Shown here: positions 54,941-64,000 of the stretch, piece by piece | Numbering within the stretch: position 1 is the first letter of the stretch | Layout of the letters: each line of letters begins with the position of its first letter | NCBI GenBank assembly: GCA_036269115.1 | Contig: DATAST010000063.1 | Coordinates: 19,674 to 83,673, forward strand | Direction: 5' to 3' | DNA: 64,000 bases | Source: Verrucomicrobiia bacterium | Lineage (GTDB): Bacteria > Verrucomicrobiota > Verrucomicrobiia > Limisphaerales > UBA11358 | Made by a program: the position numbers and the translations under genes | Notes under the pieces: model-generated | The model's input: the letters and a program-made list of their open reading frames with translations, nothing else | What the model was told of the DNA's origin: nothing | The model's database searches: none

Positions 54941-57871
54941 ATGCCAATTAATCTGACCATTGATGGCGCCGTCGTGGAAGCCAGGCCGATGGAGCGAATT
55001 CTGGAATTACTAAACCGAATCGGCGCAAAACTTCCCCAGGTTTGTTATCATCCCCAACTCGGTCCGATTCAGACCTGCGACACGTGCATGGTTGAAGCGA
55101 ATGGGAAACTCGTTCGCGCGTGCGCGACGTTGGTTGAAGCCGGGATGGAGATTTCAACGACTTCGACCCGCGCAACGTCGGCCCAACGCCAGGCCTTTGA
55201 TCGGATTTTAGCCGATCACCTGCTGTATTGCACCGTGTGTGACAACAATAATGGCAATTGCACGGTCCATAACACGACCAGGCTTCTTGCGATTGAACAT
55301 CAACAGATTCCGTTCAAGCCCAAGCCGTATGCGGTCGACTCAACAAACCCATTTTATCACTACGATCCCAGTCAATGCATCCTTTGCGGACGATGCGTCG
55401 AGGCGTGCCAGAATGTGCAGGTGAATGAAACGTTGACGATTGATTGGGAAGATCCAAACCCGCGGGTATTGTGGGATGGCGGCAAGGCGATAGGGGAGTC
55501 GAGTTGTGTTTCTTGCGGTCATTGTGTGACGGTTTGTCCGTGTAATGCTTTGATGGAAAAGTCCATGCTCGGCCAGGCGGGATTTTTAACCGGTCTGCCG
55601 AAATTGGCCCTGGATGGAATGATTGATCTCGTCAAGGCCGTTGAACCGGATACCGGCTACGGGGCGATCCTAAAAGTTTCTGAATCTGAGGCGGCCATGA
55701 GGGAGTCGCGGATTCGTCGGACCAAAACTGTTTGCACCTATTGCGGGGTTGGTTGCAGTTTTGATGTTTGGACAAAAGACAGGCATATCCTGAAGGTGGC
55801 TCCTTCCGAGGGTCCGACCAACGGAATTTCAACCTGTATCAAAGGCAAGTTCGGGTGGGATTTCGTCAATAGCGCCGACCGGCTCACCCGGCCACTGATT
55901 CGTGAGGGTGGCAAGTTTCGACAGGTAAGCTGGGACGAAGCGCTGGATTTGATTGCCCGCCGGTTCAATGAAATCAAATCACGGAACGGCCCGGATTCGC
56001 TGGCATTTATCTCATCGTCCAAGTGCACAAACGAAGAAAGTTACCTGATGCAGAAGCTGGCGCGTGCCGTGATTGGCACGAACAACATGGACAATTGTTC
56101 CCGTTACTGCCAGTCGCCGGCGACGATGGGTCTTTTCCGCACGGTAGGTTATGGCGGCGACTCAGGTTCCATCAAGGACATAGAGCAAGCGGACCTCGTG
56201 GTCATCATCGGCAGCAACACCGCGGAGAGTCACCCGGTATTGGCAACCCGCGTCAAGCGGGCGCATAAACTGCGCGGCCAAAAGCTCGTCGTTTTTGATT
56301 TGCGCGAGCACGAAATGGCCAGGCGGGCCGACTTGTTCCTGCGCCCAAAGCCTGGGACCGACCTGGTCTGGCTCTCGGCGGTCACGCGCTATCTTTTGGA
56401 AAATGGATTGGCGAAGACTGAATTCCTGGAGAAGTGGGTGAATGGCCTGGAGGAATACCGGAAGAGCCTTGAGCCGTTTACCCTGGAATTTGCGGCGGAA
56501 AAATGCGGTTTGCCGATTGAGACATTGAAGCAGGTCGCACATCTGATTTCGGATGCCGGAAAAGTTTGCGTCCTTTGGGCCATGGGTGTCACACAGCACA
56601 GCATGGGTTCGGATACTTCAACGGCGATTTCGAATCTGCTGCTGGTGACCGGCAACTACATGCGCCCAGGCACGGGCGCATACCCGTTGCGCGGGCACAA
56701 CAATGTGCAGGGCGCCAGCGATCATGGGGCCATGCCCAACAATCTGCCGGGTTATCAATCGATAAACGACCCGGAGGCACGGGCACGGTTTGAAGCCGCG
56801 TGGAAGGTGAAGCTACCGACTACCAAGGGGCTGGATAATCATGAGATGATCGATGCGATTCATGACGGCAAGCTCAAGGCGATGTATTTATTTGGTGAAG
56901 AAATCAGCCTGGTGGATTCCAATTCAAATGTTGTCAACGATGCTCTTTCAAAACTCGAGTTTTTTGTAGTTCAGGATATTTTTTTCAGCCACACCTGTCG
57001 TTATGCGGATGTCGTCCTGCCCGCCAGTCCCAGCCTTGAAAAGGAAGGCACTTTTACCAGCACCGAGCGGCGGATTCAGAGGCTTTATCAGGTCTTCGAG
57101 CCTCTGGGCGAAAGCCGGCCCGACTGGCGGATCATTCAAGACGTGGCCAATCGCCTGGGCGCAGGCTGGGATTACCAGCATCCATCCGAAATCTACGACG
57201 AAATCGCCTCGTTGACGCCGCTCTTTGCGGGCGTCAATTACCAACGGTTGGAGGGCTATCATTCGTTACAATGGCCAGTGACTGCCGACGGGACCGACCA
57301 GCCGCTACTTTACACGAAACAATTTCATTTTCCGGACGGCAAAGCCAGGCTCTTTCCGGTGGCCTATTCCCAGCCCACCGAACAGCCGGACGAAGAATTC
57401 GATTTGCATCTGAACAACGGTCGTCTGCTCGAACATTTTCACGAAGGCAATCTCACCTATCGCAACCCGGGAATTGCCCAAAGAACCCCGGACACCTTTG
57501 TCGAAGTGTCACCCGAACTCGCAACTGAACGCGGCATCGAAAGCGGGACATGGGTTCAACTTATTTCACGCCACGGGCAGGTTCGCGTGCGGGCTCTGGT
57601 CACCGATAGGGTGAAGGGTCGGGAACTTTATATGCCTATGAACTCAACTGAGAGTCCCGTGAATCGGCTCACGAGCAGCAATACTGACAAGGTTACTCAT
57701 ACTCCGGCATATAAGGAAACGTCTGTGCAGCTTCACGTGCTGCCTGAAAAAGGCGAAAGTCCATTGCCCCGGACCAACCATCGATTTGGAGAACCCACTC
57801 CGCAAGACGGGGTTCAGGTTGAGCGAAAATGGAAACGGCCGGATTATCAAATGCCCGGTAATAAAGCGTAA
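54941..57871 (+). CDS. fdhF: Formate dehydrogenase alpha subunit, FdhF/YjgC-like (Cys type, with N-terminal Fe-S domains)
   Basis: 2Fe-2S and 4Fe-4S Cys motifs (CILCGRC, CVSCGHC), CTYCGVGC, SRYCQSPA, LRGHNNVQG and a molybdopterin C-terminal domain. Confidence 0.93.
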   Translation: MPINLTIDGAVVEARPMERILELLNRIGAKLPQVCYHPQLGPIQTCDTCMVEANGKLVRACATLVEAGMEISTTSTRATSAQRQAFDRILADHLLYCTVCDNNNGNCTVHNTTRLLAIEHQQIPFKPKPYAVDSTNPFYHYDPSQCILCGRCVEACQNVQVNETLTIDWEDPNPRVLWDGGKAIGESSCVSCGHCVTVCPCNALMEKSMLGQAGFLTGLPKLALDGMIDLVKAVEPDTGYGAILKVSESEAAMRESRIRRTKTVCTYCGVGCSFDVWTKDRHILKVAPSEGPTNGISTCIKGKFGWDFVNSADRLTRPLIREGGKFRQVSWDEALDLIARRFNEIKSRNGPDSLAFISSSKCTNEESYLMQKLARAVIGTNNMDNCSRYCQSPATMGLFRTVGYGGDSGSIKDIEQADLVVIIGSNTAESHPVLATRVKRAHKLRGQKLVVFDLREHEMARRADLFLRPKPGTDLVWLSAVTRYLLENGLAKTEFLEKWVNGLEEYRKSLEPFTLEFAAEKCGLPIETLKQVAHLISDAGKVCVLWAMGVTQHSMGSDTSTAISNLLLVTGNYMRPGTGAYPLRGHNNVQGASDHGAMPNNLPGYQSINDPEARARFEAAWKVKLPTTKGLDNHEMIDAIHDGKLKAMYLFGEEISLVDSNSNVVNDALSKLEFFVVQDIFFSHTCRYADVVLPASPSLEKEGTFTSTERRIQRLYQVFEPLGESRPDWRIIQDVANRLGAGWDYQHPSEIYDEIASLTPLFAGVNYQRLEGYHSLQWPVTADGTDQPLLYTKQFHFPDGKARLFPVAYSQPTEQPDEEFDLHLNNGRLLEHFHEGNLTYRNPGIAQRTPDTFVEVSPELATERGIESGTWVQLISRHGQVRVRALVTDRVKGRELYMPMNSTESPVNRLTSSNTDKVTHTPAYKETSVQLHVLPEKGESPLPRTNHRFGEPTPQDGVQVERKWKRPDYQMPGNKA

Positions 57872-57896
57872 TTTAAATCCTCAAATTTATTCTATT

Positions 57897-58373
57897 ATGT
57901 CGCAACCCATCCCTCTTGAAATTCCAGCGCGCGATCCACGTTCCGAATTACAAACCAAGCTTCAAAGCGCTCCCATCGAACACGCTGAAGCGTTGCTATC
58001 CGCTTACAAGGTTTTGCAGGGACTGCATGACCGTGGGGTGCTTGATCTAATGCAGGGAGCACTCGGCTCCAGTGACAAAGTCCTTGAAATTGTGGTGGGC
58101 GCGATGAATACGCCGGAATCTGTACGCGCAATTCGAAATGTGACGATCCTGGCAAAAATTCTCGGCAATATTGAGCCGGAGTTGCTCGAAGGTTTTGCGC
58201 GCTCACTGCCGGAAGCCATTGCCCTGACAAAAGCGCACGACGCAAAACCTCCGGGCCTCTGGGGAATCATGAAGCAGTTCAGAAATCAAAACGTTCGGCG
58301 TGGGTTGGTCCTGGTGAACTCATTGCTTGAAGCGTTTGGAAGGAATCTACCGTACAAACACCGCGGAGGGTAA
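57897..58373 (+). CDS. DUF1641 (YjgD/YrhD-like) protein
   Basis: LHDRGVLDL, PPGLWGIMKQ and VRRGL motifs; follows the YjgC-like FDH gene. Confidence 0.85.
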   Translation: MSQPIPLEIPARDPRSELQTKLQSAPIEHAEALLSAYKVLQGLHDRGVLDLMQGALGSSDKVLEIVVGAMNTPESVRAIRNVTILAKILGNIEPELLEGFARSLPEAIALTKAHDAKPPGLWGIMKQFRNQNVRRGLVLVNSLLEAFGRNLPYKHRGG

Positions 58374-58412
58374 GGACGGCGGTGGCAGCGCCACTTGCGA
58401 AGAGCGCCGTCG

Positions 58413-59294
58413 CTACCTGCGCACGCGATGGGCGCCGGAGTAAATGTTCATCCTTTGGCCGCGCAGAAATCCAATGAGCGTCTGGCCGCTATCGCGCGCA
58501 AATTCCACGGCAAGGCTGCTGGGCGCCGAGATGGCGGCAACGATGGGGACTCCGGCTGCGAGCGCTTTTTGCATCATCTCGAAGGAAGTGCGGCCGCTCA
58601 GAAGTAGAATATGCCGGCGAAGAGGCAACTGGTTCTTCAACAAGGCCCACCCAACGACCTTATCAAGCGCATTGTGCCTTCCCACGTCCTCACGAAGTAT
58701 CACAAGACGACCGGTCACATCAAACAAAGCGCACGCATGAAGACCACCGGTTCGCTTAAAGGTTTCCTGTGCCGAGGCAAGCGCCGACGGCAAGCGCCGA
58801 ATGATTTCCGTGCCCACTTCAAATTCGTCTTCGATAGCCGGAAATTGCCGCCGGACGGCTTCGATGGACGCCTTGCTGCAAATGCCACAACTGGAAGAAG
58901 TGAATACGTGCCGAGTCAATTGTTTCAAATCCAGGGAATGCGGCTGCTTAAGTTGCACGTTAACGACATTTCCTTCTATCAAGTCCGCGCGCGTGCCAGA
59001 GCTGCCGTTCGTCTCTCTTTTAACTTCGGTGGATTCCAGGCAATGTGGTTGAGGAATGATGTCGATCACTTCATCCGGGGAACGTATCAATCCTTCGGTG
59101 GCTAGAAATCCGGCTGCCAGCTCCCGGTCGTCGCCGGGTGTGCGCATAACGACCGCCACACTTTGGCCTTCGACCCGAATTTCGAGCGGCACCTCAGCGG
59201 CGAGGCAATCAAGTTCCGATGACGCAACCGGGCCGTCCACTCGTTGCATCGGGAATTTCTCGATCTGTCTGTCCGCGCCAGGCTTGATTTTCAT
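58413..59294 (-). CDS. fdhD: FDH sulfur-carrier accessory protein FdhD
   Basis: EVPLEI, MRTPG, SSCGICSK, TGGLHAC, EDVGRHNALDK and SAPSSLAV motifs. Confidence 0.96.
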   Translation of the reverse strand: MKIKPGADRQIEKFPMQRVDGPVASSELDCLAAEVPLEIRVEGQSVAVVMRTPGDDRELAAGFLATEGLIRSPDEVIDIIPQPHCLESTEVKRETNGSSGTRADLIEGNVVNVQLKQPHSLDLKQLTRHVFTSSSCGICSKASIEAVRRQFPAIEDEFEVGTEIIRRLPSALASAQETFKRTGGLHACALFDVTGRLVILREDVGRHNALDKVVGWALLKNQLPLRRHILLLSGRTSFEMMQKALAAGVPIVAAISAPSSLAVEFARDSGQTLIGFLRGQRMNIYSGAHRVRR

Positions 59295-59348
59295 GGCGGG
59301 ATTAATTTAGCACGTTGCGAGGACCGACAGCATGAATTTTCACCTCTT

Positions 59349-59597
59349 TAGAGCGGTTTAAAAAATACTGTAGCCATTCGGGAAGAAAAAGAAGAGGAAG
59401 CGGTCTTTTTGGGTTTTGGCGTCGTTTCAGCTTCCGCCTTCGCTCGGAAGCGGTTGTGTGAAAACTCATATTCAAACCATCGGAGCTACGGCGGACAGGC
59501 AATCACAGGGTTTTCAAACATGCTCCTTCGCTGAAGCCTCGCCAAAACACCAAAAATCCTCGCTCCGAACGGCCACATTATTTTTTAAAACGCTCTA
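59349..59597. mobile_element. MITE, copy 2 (245 bp plus TA duplication) carrying a 66-bp extra REP-like segment
   Basis: Inverted copy of 1335-1513 with the same terminal repeats and TA on both sides. Confidence 0.8.
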
Positions 59598-60663
59598 ACA
59601 TCTCCGCCGCCGGTCCATAACCTTGCGCAGCCGCGCGTTCAAAGCATGCGCGCGCCGCGGCGGCGTTGCCGAACACATTATAAAAAATGCCGAGATTGTA
59701 GTCGGCCAGAAACGTGCCCGAGCCCAGGACGCTTTTGTATTTGTCGGTTTCACCGAGTGTCAGGCAGCGCTGGAAGCTCTGTTCGATTTTTGGCAAATCC
59801 TTAATAAATTTCGCCGCGTTGCTGCGAATCAAATTCATGTAGAACAGTCCGCGCGCGAGGTAAAAGTCCGGAAAATCCGGCAATTGATTTTCCGATTTGG
59901 CGATAGCTTCCAACCCGAGGTCGAATTGTTTCAGTGCCATCGCCGCGTAAAGCAAATCCACAACAACATTGGGCGCGAAAGAATCGGTCCATTTCATTGT
60001 TGATAACGCCTTCTGCAAATACCGGAGAGCATTCCCCGGTTGATCCAACGACGTGTATTCGATCGCGAGCTGGTATGTCAGATAGGCATTCTCCGGTTCG
60101 CGCGCTAATTCGGCCAAAAGCAATTTCACGTTGCGGTCGGATTTTTGGCCGATGAGGTAGCCGTCGTGCGAGACTTCGGCTTGCAGATTTATCCGGGGCA
60201 GGGGAGAGACAACCTGTTCGTGGATCCGTCCATGAAAGCGCGCGCCACGAGGAAACAATCTCGCTACGTAGCTTTGGGAACGCAGCGTGTGACCGTTTCG
60301 GCGAAACTCACTGACGATCCTTAGCCGTCCAATCGCCGGGCCATTTTTGATGAATTCTCGAATTTCGCCCGCCAGGCCGTTGCCGGCATACTCGTCCGCG
60401 TCCAAAACGAGGATCCAGTTTCCAGTGGTCTGTTCGAGGGAAAAATTTCTGGCGGCGGAAAAATCGTCTACCCAATCGAAGCGCGAAATTTTGGCGCTGA
60501 ATTTCCTGGCGATCTCGACTGTGCCGTCGTTCGAACCGGTATCGGCGACGACGATTTCATCGGCCAGTGGACGGATACTTTCGAGGCAGCGGGCCAGGCA
60601 GCGCGCTTCGTTCCGAACGATCATCGCGACGGATAAATTCGGCTTCAGGAAAGAGACGTCCAT
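59578..60663 (-). CDS. GT2 + TPR glycosyltransferase (flagellin-modification type)
   Basis: LSVAMIVRNEARCL, ADTGSND, WVDDFSAARN, LDADE and GRIHEQ motifs, followed by TPR-like helices. Confidence 0.92.
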   Translation of the reverse strand: MDVSFLKPNLSVAMIVRNEARCLARCLESIRPLADEIVVADTGSNDGTVEIARKFSAKISRFDWVDDFSAARNFSLEQTTGNWILVLDADEYAGNGLAGEIREFIKNGPAIGRLRIVSEFRRNGHTLRSQSYVARLFPRGARFHGRIHEQVVSPLPRINLQAEVSHDGYLIGQKSDRNVKLLLAELAREPENAYLTYQLAIEYTSLDQPGNALRYLQKALSTMKWTDSFAPNVVVDLLYAAMALKQFDLGLEAIAKSENQLPDFPDFYLARGLFYMNLIRSNAAKFIKDLPKIEQSFQRCLTLGETDKYKSVLGSGTFLADYNLGIFYNVFGNAAAARACFERAAAQGYGPAAEMLERFKK

Positions 60664-61061
60664 GCGGACGGTTGCGCGAGACTGTACGAACCCTGGATGC
60701 GCTTGAGACGGCGGCCCGTGATTTCAAGTTCTTCGCGTTTGCTTATGGCCACTGCACGGGCGGCCTGGAGCAATTTTTTGTTCGATTCCAGCAGGGCCAT
60801 CAGTTCCAAAATCGTGGTGCGAAGTTGGTTTTCCTTCGCGGTATGGTCAACTTGGGAGCGCTTCCACTGGTCGCGAACTTGCTGAGTTATGGCCGTGATG
60901 GAGGGTTGCAGTTTTTTAATGGCGTTCTGGCACTCCGAGAGAAAAGCCCAATTGCGCCGGGATATGGCCTTTTGACATGCTTTGGCTAACCGGCGCCATT
61001 CCCGGTAAGCGTCAAATAATGAGCGCTCAGAAGTCATCTGGCTAATCGTGTTGCTATGCAA
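60645..61061 (-). CDS. FliT-like chaperone (putative)
   Basis: All-helical 138-aa protein immediately after fliS. Assignment rests on position and helical pattern only. Confidence 0.55.
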   Translation of the reverse strand: MHSNTISQMTSERSLFDAYREWRRLAKACQKAISRRNWAFLSECQNAIKKLQPSITAITQQVRDQWKRSQVDHTAKENQLRTTILELMALLESNKKLLQAARAVAISKREELEITGRRLKRIQGSYSLAQPSAWTSLS

Positions 61062-61482
61062 GATTTGCGAGAAGTTGGACCTCTTGGGGTTCCTGCGCCT
61101 GTTTACTCAGTATCTCGGCCCAGGAATCGCGCAATGGTTTCAAGTGCATGATGACTTCATCCACGCCGTCACGCCGTTTCTGTAAATTGCTTTTAAGCAG
61201 ACGATCTTCAAAATAACGGTACAGGTTTCGCAACGTGCCGGCCAGTTCGCCACCTTGTTCGAGATCCAGGGAATTGTTCAACAACCGGATGATGTCCACC
61301 GCGTGCCGCAAATTATTGTGGATTGTCTCATTTCGCTGGCGGGGATCAGTATATTCAAAACCCGCCAGGGAAGTGTGCAGCGAGCGAAGCGCCCGATCAA
61401 AAAGCATGAGGACCAGAAGCCCCGGCGACGCGGTTTGCGCGGCGATTTGAGTATACGATTTAAGCGGATTGAAATTATTCAT
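61054..61482 (-). CDS. fliS: Flagellin chaperone FliS
   Basis: TASPGLLVLMLFD, LDLEQGGELAGTLRNLYRY and LRDSW motifs. Confidence 0.95.
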   Translation of the reverse strand: MNNFNPLKSYTQIAAQTASPGLLVLMLFDRALRSLHTSLAGFEYTDPRQRNETIHNNLRHAVDIIRLLNNSLDLEQGGELAGTLRNLYRYFEDRLLKSNLQKRRDGVDEVIMHLKPLRDSWAEILSKQAQEPQEVQLLANLA

Positions 61483-61493
61483 GCCGTGTAGCC

Positions 61494-61766
61494 TTAGGAT
61501 TGCTGCGGGGCGGTGATGTTCTTTGCCAGGGTATTCGCCACGCGGTCCATCAAGTCATCGGGCGGATAACTGGGGTCCGCCAGCAAAGCCGCCGCGCGGT
61601 TGACCGCCTCCGGCCGAACCGTTGGCGTTTCCTTTAAAGTTTCTTCCAGGGCCTGTGTATGATCAAAAGACATAGCACTCACCGCCGACTGCGCAGGCTC
61701 CCGGCGGACAGGGGGCTGACTCACCGGAGTGTTTCCGGTGAGGCCGGCATTAAACTCAACCTCCAT
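61494..61766 (-). CDS. flgM: FlgM-like anti-sigma-28 factor
   Basis: 90 aa with a low-complexity N-terminus and C-terminal VRPEAVNRAAALLADPSY, resembling the FlgM R.E(K/R)V...Y motif. Confidence 0.65.
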   Translation of the reverse strand: MEVEFNAGLTGNTPVSQPPVRREPAQSAVSAMSFDHTQALEETLKETPTVRPEAVNRAAALLADPSYPPDDLMDRVANTLAKNITAPQQS

Positions 61767-61805
61767 AAAATTTTGTTTTCAAACAACCGTTATCAAATCA
61801 ATCTG

Positions 61806-61833
61806 TTATCGGTCAGAATGCCCAATGACTTTA
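61806..61833 (-). promoter_or_regulatory. Sigma-28 promoter upstream of flgM
   Basis: The minus strand reads TAAA-16 nt-ACCGATAA in the short intergenic gap (consensus TAAA-N15/16-GCCGATAA). Confidence 0.7.
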
Positions 61834-61840
61834 ATTTCTC

Positions 61841-62569
61841 TCATCTTTCAGGCAAGGTATTCAAGAGTTGATCAGCAGAAAATTGGCCAAAATAGCGCGG
61901 CGAATGGAAAATGTTCCATTGATCATCCAGGGCAGTTCGAGTGGGTGTATTGATGCACCATGCAAAGAAGGAATAAATATGAAAAGCGACGCTCTGATGA
62001 GGCTGCCGTTGTTTTTCATACTGTTGCGCGGCCTTCGCCACATCAGGATTGTTGGCGTCAAAAACCTCGTCCGCGGCCCATAAAATAGCGCCGGTTTTAA
62101 CGTCAGCCAGTTTAAAGCGCCAGCCGATGGCCAGCGGCGGGCTGGAACGGAATGTGGTCAAATGGCAAAAAAGGACCGCGTCGCATCCGTAATATTGTTT
62201 GAGACTGTCAAAAAAATTCAGCGGCAGCATTTCCTCCCCGGTCCAACTTCGATGCCCTGTGCAATTGCGAAGTGTCTGGGGATCGGCTGTGACCACTTCA
62301 AATTTGCGTGTCTTAATCAATTCGGCCTGCAGCACCGGAGTAAGCATTTGACAGGCGTCAGACATCGGGCCGGTGAACGTATCACCCGCGGGCGGCAGCA
62401 TCACCACCCGTTTCAAATCGAGAGGAAGGCTCGACGAAGCGAGCGAATGCGTCATGCGGATGTGGTGAACCGGCTTTGAGGAGGTCGAGGCGGTATCCGC
62501 GGCCACGGCCGCGTTAAGGCCTGGCAAAATGAAACCCGCAATAATTAAAGCAGTTGTTAAATATTTCAT
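61841..62569 (-). CDS. Hypothetical exported protein in the fliD operon (CsgG/TolB-N/FlgO-like alpha-beta pattern)
   Basis: Signal peptide, VVMLPP, LIKTRKFEVV, GCDAVLF and LADVKTGAILW; starts 4 nt after the fliD stop. Confidence 0.75.
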   Translation of the reverse strand: MKYLTTALIIAGFILPGLNAAVAADTASTSSKPVHHIRMTHSLASSSLPLDLKRVVMLPPAGDTFTGPMSDACQMLTPVLQAELIKTRKFEVVTADPQTLRNCTGHRSWTGEEMLPLNFFDSLKQYYGCDAVLFCHLTTFRSSPPLAIGWRFKLADVKTGAILWAADEVFDANNPDVAKAAQQYEKQRQPHQSVAFHIYSFFAWCINTPTRTALDDQWNIFHSPRYFGQFSADQLLNTLPER

Positions 62570-62573
62570 CGGC

Positions 62574-64000
62574 TTAAATTGATCCGTTGGTTACTTGCTC
62601 GGACAAATAAGTGAGCTCTTGGTTGCTTTGGGACTCGGCTTGTTCCATCGCCTCAAATTCGCTGGTCCATTGCGCTTCGTCAGTGGTTATCTGAGAATTC
62701 AAATTCGAAATCTGGGTGCTGATGTTATTGCTTTGCTGCGTGAGGCTGGCCTGATGGTTCGTGAGTGTGCCGTTCGTGCCGATGGTGTCGTTAAGGAAAT
62801 TATTAAGCTGCGTCGCGATCCCGTTTGTCGAATCATTGAAGAGTGTGCTGACGTTGTTCATGTTGCCCGACAGGGCGTTGTTCAGTGTGCTGGTGTCTAC
62901 CGCCAATGTGTTGTCCTTCCCATTGGTGGCGATGCCCAAATCCGACAACATGCTTATCGCGTTACCGGACAACGACGACACAGACCCCGCCACCAGCGAA
63001 CGCAAACTGGACGCAAGTTGACTGCTGGTTTGATCGGCCGTCAGAGTGCCGGGCGTCACTGAGCCGCTTGAAGAGGTTGTGACCAACTGCTGGCTGCTGA
63101 TGTCGTTCTGCACCGTATTATAGTCCGTTACAAACTGTTGAATGGCCGAGCTGATAGAGCTGGTGTCGCTAGTCACGTTCATGGTCACTGAACCGGTTTG
63201 CAGCGCGGTGACCGATAGACCGGAAATACTGGAACTGGCCGACGTAATCGTATTGGACTGACTGACCAATTGCTGTGTCCCTCCGTTCAGTGTATAGAGA
63301 AGGTTCTTGCCGTGTTGCAGCGTGCCGCCGGAAAGGCCGGTGGCTGCGAGAAAATTTCCAGTGACATCCTGCATGGAAACGCCCACATCACCCGTCGTAT
63401 TGTTGGTCAGGACAAACCGATTGTTGATGGAATCATACGAGGCCGTCACCCCGGCGGTTGAACTATTAATATTGTTCAGCACATCCTGAATGCTTTCGGT
63501 GCTCGCATTGTAATTGATGGTGACACCGTTGATCGCAAACGCGCCCTGGCCGCTGCCGCCGTCGGTGATCGGTGTGGCCAAATCGGCGTTGGACATCGTC
63601 CCTCCCAATTGCGCATGACCCAGGGCCGAAGTGCTGGTGACTGAATCAGTCCCGTTATTATACAATTGCGCGACCTGCAAAAAATTGCTCGTGTCCGCCG
63701 CGCTGCCCAGCACAACTTCACTATTATCACTGCTGGCCAGCGTAATTTTGTCCGCTGTCGTGCTGTAACTGGCGGTCACTTTTCCATCGGTAGCGGTAGA
63801 AATAGCGTTGAAAAGATCCTGCAAAGATTCCGTAGCTGAAACGGTGACCTGCTGGCCATCCACGGTGAAGGTCCCGGCGGTGACTGCCGATGAAAATCCG
63901 GCCGACCCGACCGTCACGTTGCTCAAATTGCCGTCCGGGCTAATGGCCTGGCTGATATTGCCCGAGCCGTAGATCTGTGCCGATGTCGCCAGCTGCGAAA
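62574..64000 (-). CDS. fliD: Filament cap protein FliD (5' end outside the window)
   Basis: IQQFVTDYN, LSDLGIAT, TLAVD..L..AL and EFEAME motifs; the frame stays open to position 64000. Confidence 0.93.
   Translation of the reverse strand, partial: SQLATSAQIYGSGNISQAISPDGNLSNVTVGSAGFSSAVTAGTFTVDGQQVTVSATESLQDLFNAISTATDGKVTASYSTTADKITLASSDNSEVVLGSAADTSNFLQVAQLYNNGTDSVTSTSALGHAQLGGTMSNADLATPITDGGSGQGAFAINGVTINYNASTESIQDVLNNINSSTAGVTASYDSINNRFVLTNNTTGDVGVSMQDVTGNFLAATGLSGGTLQHGKNLLYTLNGGTQQLVSQSNTITSASSSISGLSVTALQTGSVTMNVTSDTSSISSAIQQFVTDYNTVQNDISSQQLVTTSSSGSVTPGTLTADQTSSQLASSLRSLVAGSVSSLSGNAISMLSDLGIATNGKDNTLAVDTSTLNNALSGNMNNVSTLFNDSTNGIATQLNNFLNDTIGTNGTLTNHQASLTQQSNNISTQISNLNSQITTDEAQWTSEFEAMEQAESQSNQELTYLSEQVTNGSI

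Noticed and set aside
54941-57871. Selenocysteine recoding in the FDH gene
   Set aside because: No in-frame TGA; the active-site position is Cys (SRYCQ).

Overview
The window is dominated by two convergent flagellar gene blocks from a diderm bacterium. Gene style and intergenic repeat families suggest Verrucomicrobiota, which is an inference. Block 1 (5.7-42.9 kb, + strand) runs flgBC-fliEFGHIJ-motE/ylxF-like-fliK-flgDE-fliLMNOPQR-flhBAF-orf-fliA-motAB-orf, then flgFGAHIJNKL-fliW-csrA, and ends in a 2457-aa multi-glycosyltransferase/methyltransferase polyprotein. Consensus sigma-54 promoters precede flgB and flgF. Block 2 (59.6-64 kb, - strand) is fliD (cut by the window edge), an unknown exported protein, flgM-like, fliS, fliT-like and a GT2-TPR gene, with a sigma-28 promoter before flgM. 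No chemotaxis genes and no flhG occur in the window, FliM lacks the N-terminal CheY-binding peptide, and FlhF has degenerate GTPase motifs. 1-5.7 kb is a decayed accessory region. It holds a frameshifted IS110 whose non-coding end has a readable bridge-RNA-like structure with guides matching its own junction, a TA-duplicating MITE, an SDR pseudogene and an orphan RHS toxin/immunity pair. 43-59.6 kb holds REP-like repeats, a DUF2975-HTH operon, IS21 remnants, a Gabija-like OLD nuclease + UvrD helicase pair, several repeated putative recombination sites, and a formate dehydrogenase (fdhF-like, DUF1641, fdhD) locus. No rRNA, tRNA or CRISPR array was seen.
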